From Azolla caroliniana (taxonomy: Eukaryota > Plantae > Polypodiophyta): 64,000 nt of DNA. Position 1 is the first letter of the stretch. Every line of letters begins with the position of its first letter. The stretch is from assembly GCA_043228905.1 (NCBI GenBank), contig JBHGNT010000021.1, forward strand, positions 9,424,001 through 9,488,000. The letters run 5' to 3'. Below the pieces are notes generated by a model. The model searched no databases. It was not told where the DNA came from and worked only from the letters and a program-made list of their open reading frames with translations. Positions 62,647 through 64,000 of this stretch are shown in pieces. A program made the translations under genes and the position numbers.

Positions 62647-63996
62647 TCACTCGAACCATTGTCGCCACCCAATCCACCATATCATTCGCTCATTCTTTGC
62701 TTTACCATGACCGGTTGTCATGGTCTCTTGTTCTTCTTTCGAGCATATCTGTTTACGCTTTATGCATGTTCCACCTTTGTCCTGATCGTCTCCTTGCTCA
62801 AGGCTCTTTGACCCATCACACATTTTTGTTTTGTGTCTTTCTCCCCAACCCTTTATCTGAATAATGATATTGACTACCACATTTAGTACCTTCAAGTGCG
62901 TGCGCACTTCGAGATCCTTACACGACCATGCTCTATGTTTCTCACTTTGTCCATTTTTATGGTACAATCTCATGTTAGAGTTCAAAATCTTCACACTAGA
63001 ATCTTTGCTAGATATTTTGATCACATCCTTTGGATCTTGATGGCTTGCTTGGTCATCGCCATCCCTTGTCATAGTTTGCTCAGACTCTTTGTTGTTAACA
63101 TCAACTTTTGTCTCTATGCTTTGCTTGACCTCTTCGTCCCAAACATCAGCTTCAACCCTTGCTTCTTCTTCGTCATTGTCCTTCTCTTGGGTCTTACATC
63201 GGTTAATGCCCAAGTCTCCGGAATGAGTGTGGAGAGATACATACGTATTTGTCGGCCACTCCCCAACTTCGTTATTTGCAACATCTTGGACCTTCGCTTC
63301 CCCGCCATCATCTTTTGTCTCTTGGGTCTCACGTTGTCTTTGATCCACAACTGCCCAAGTCTCTAGAACATGTGTGAAGGAATCAGTTTGTCTTTGGTCA
63401 ATTTCCTTCAACACCTTTGTCTTGATGTCATCTTTCACATCAGATTTGAACTCCCCCTTGTTGCCACCTTCCATCTCTTGGGTCTTCTGTTGGTTCTCGG
63501 ACGCAACTGCCCAAGTCTTTGGAACCAGTGTGGAGAAATTCTTGTCACTACCATCATTCACCATCGACTCGTCCATATCTATCTTTGCCTCGATGTTGTG
63601 CACACCATCTTGGTCCTTCCCCTTACTACCACCTTCCATCTCTTGGGTCTCACGTTGACTCTCTACAATTGCCCAAGTCTTCGGAACTTGTGTGAAGGAA
63701 TCCTCAACGTGGTTATCTGCCATTAATTCTTCCATAGCCACCTCTGACTCGATGTCATTTTTCGTGGCTATCTCTTCAATCTCATGGGCCTCGTACCCAT
63801 TGACCCTCTTGATCAAGCAAGATTCAATTATGCTTTTCTCTTCATCGCATGTATTCATTTCGACCTTCGGCTCCTCGCCGACACCTTTCGTCTCTTGGGT
63901 CTGATGTTGGTTCTTGGACGCAACTGCCCAAGTCTCTGGAACAAGTGTGGAGAAAATATGGCCATGGTCATTGTCGATGCTTGTTGTCTTGTTCAT
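62647..63996 (-). CDS. Acidic repeat-containing protein of unknown function; open to the window edge; probably element-borne
   Basis: Five copies of a [PL][EK]TWA...TQE motif (the fifth frameshifted); C-terminal part less credible. Confidence 0.5.
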   Translation of the reverse strand: MNKTTSIDNDHGHIFSTLVPETWAVASKNQHQTQETKGVGEEPKVEMNTCDEEKSIIESCLIKRVNGYEAHEIEEIATKNDIESEVAMEELMADNHVEDSFTQVPKTWAIVESQRETQEMEGGSKGKDQDGVHNIEAKIDMDESMVNDGSDKNFSTLVPKTWAVASENQQKTQEMEGGNKGEFKSDVKDDIKTKVLKEIDQRQTDSFTHVLETWAVVDQRQRETQETKDDGGEAKVQDVANNEVGEWPTNTYVSLHTHSGDLGINRCKTQEKDNDEEEARVEADVWDEEVKQSIETKVDVNNKESEQTMTRDGDDQASHQDPKDVIKISSKDSSVKILNSNMRLYHKNGQSEKHRAWSCKDLEVRTHLKVLNVVVNIIIQIKGWGERHKTKMCDGSKSLEQGDDQDKGGTCIKRKQICSKEEQETMTTGHGKAKNERMIWWIGWRQWFE

Positions 63997-64000
63997 AGTC

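Noticed and set aside
83-63904. Numerous short or antisense ORFs in the six-frame track as host genes
   Set aside because: They overlap retroelement coding regions or LTRs on other frames and have no recognisable domains; no host gene is supported.

Overview
Gene-free, transposon-saturated eukaryotic DNA, most likely from a non-seed land plant (inferred from the element types present). Almost all 64 kb resolves into nested retroelements, many bounded by 5-bp target-site duplications (TSDs). Contents: six Ty3/gypsy elements or remnants (G1-G6), two further LTRs (LTR-I, LTR-H), five Ty1/copia elements (C1-C5), four RTE/RTEX-like LINE copies (R1-R4) and one L1/Tx1-like LINE (T1). C4 (51302-56671) is intact, with apparently identical LTRs. 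The most striking observation concerns four non-chromoviral gypsy copies (G2, G3, G4, G5; two different LTR types). None has a polypurine tract (PPT) at the 3' LTR. Each instead carries a conserved ~40-nt sense-strand copy of a tRNA 3' end (T-arm, acceptor strand, CCA; tRNA-Arg-like). This motif is interrupted by a covarying hairpin and ends exactly 2 nt before the LTR, suggesting tRNA- or tRNA-mimic-primed plus-strand synthesis. Other notable points: an extra coiled-coil ORF in the same family, tRNA-like Pol III A/B-box segments inside three different LTRs, LINEs stacked in (CT)n tracts, and a repeat-protein ORF at the right edge.
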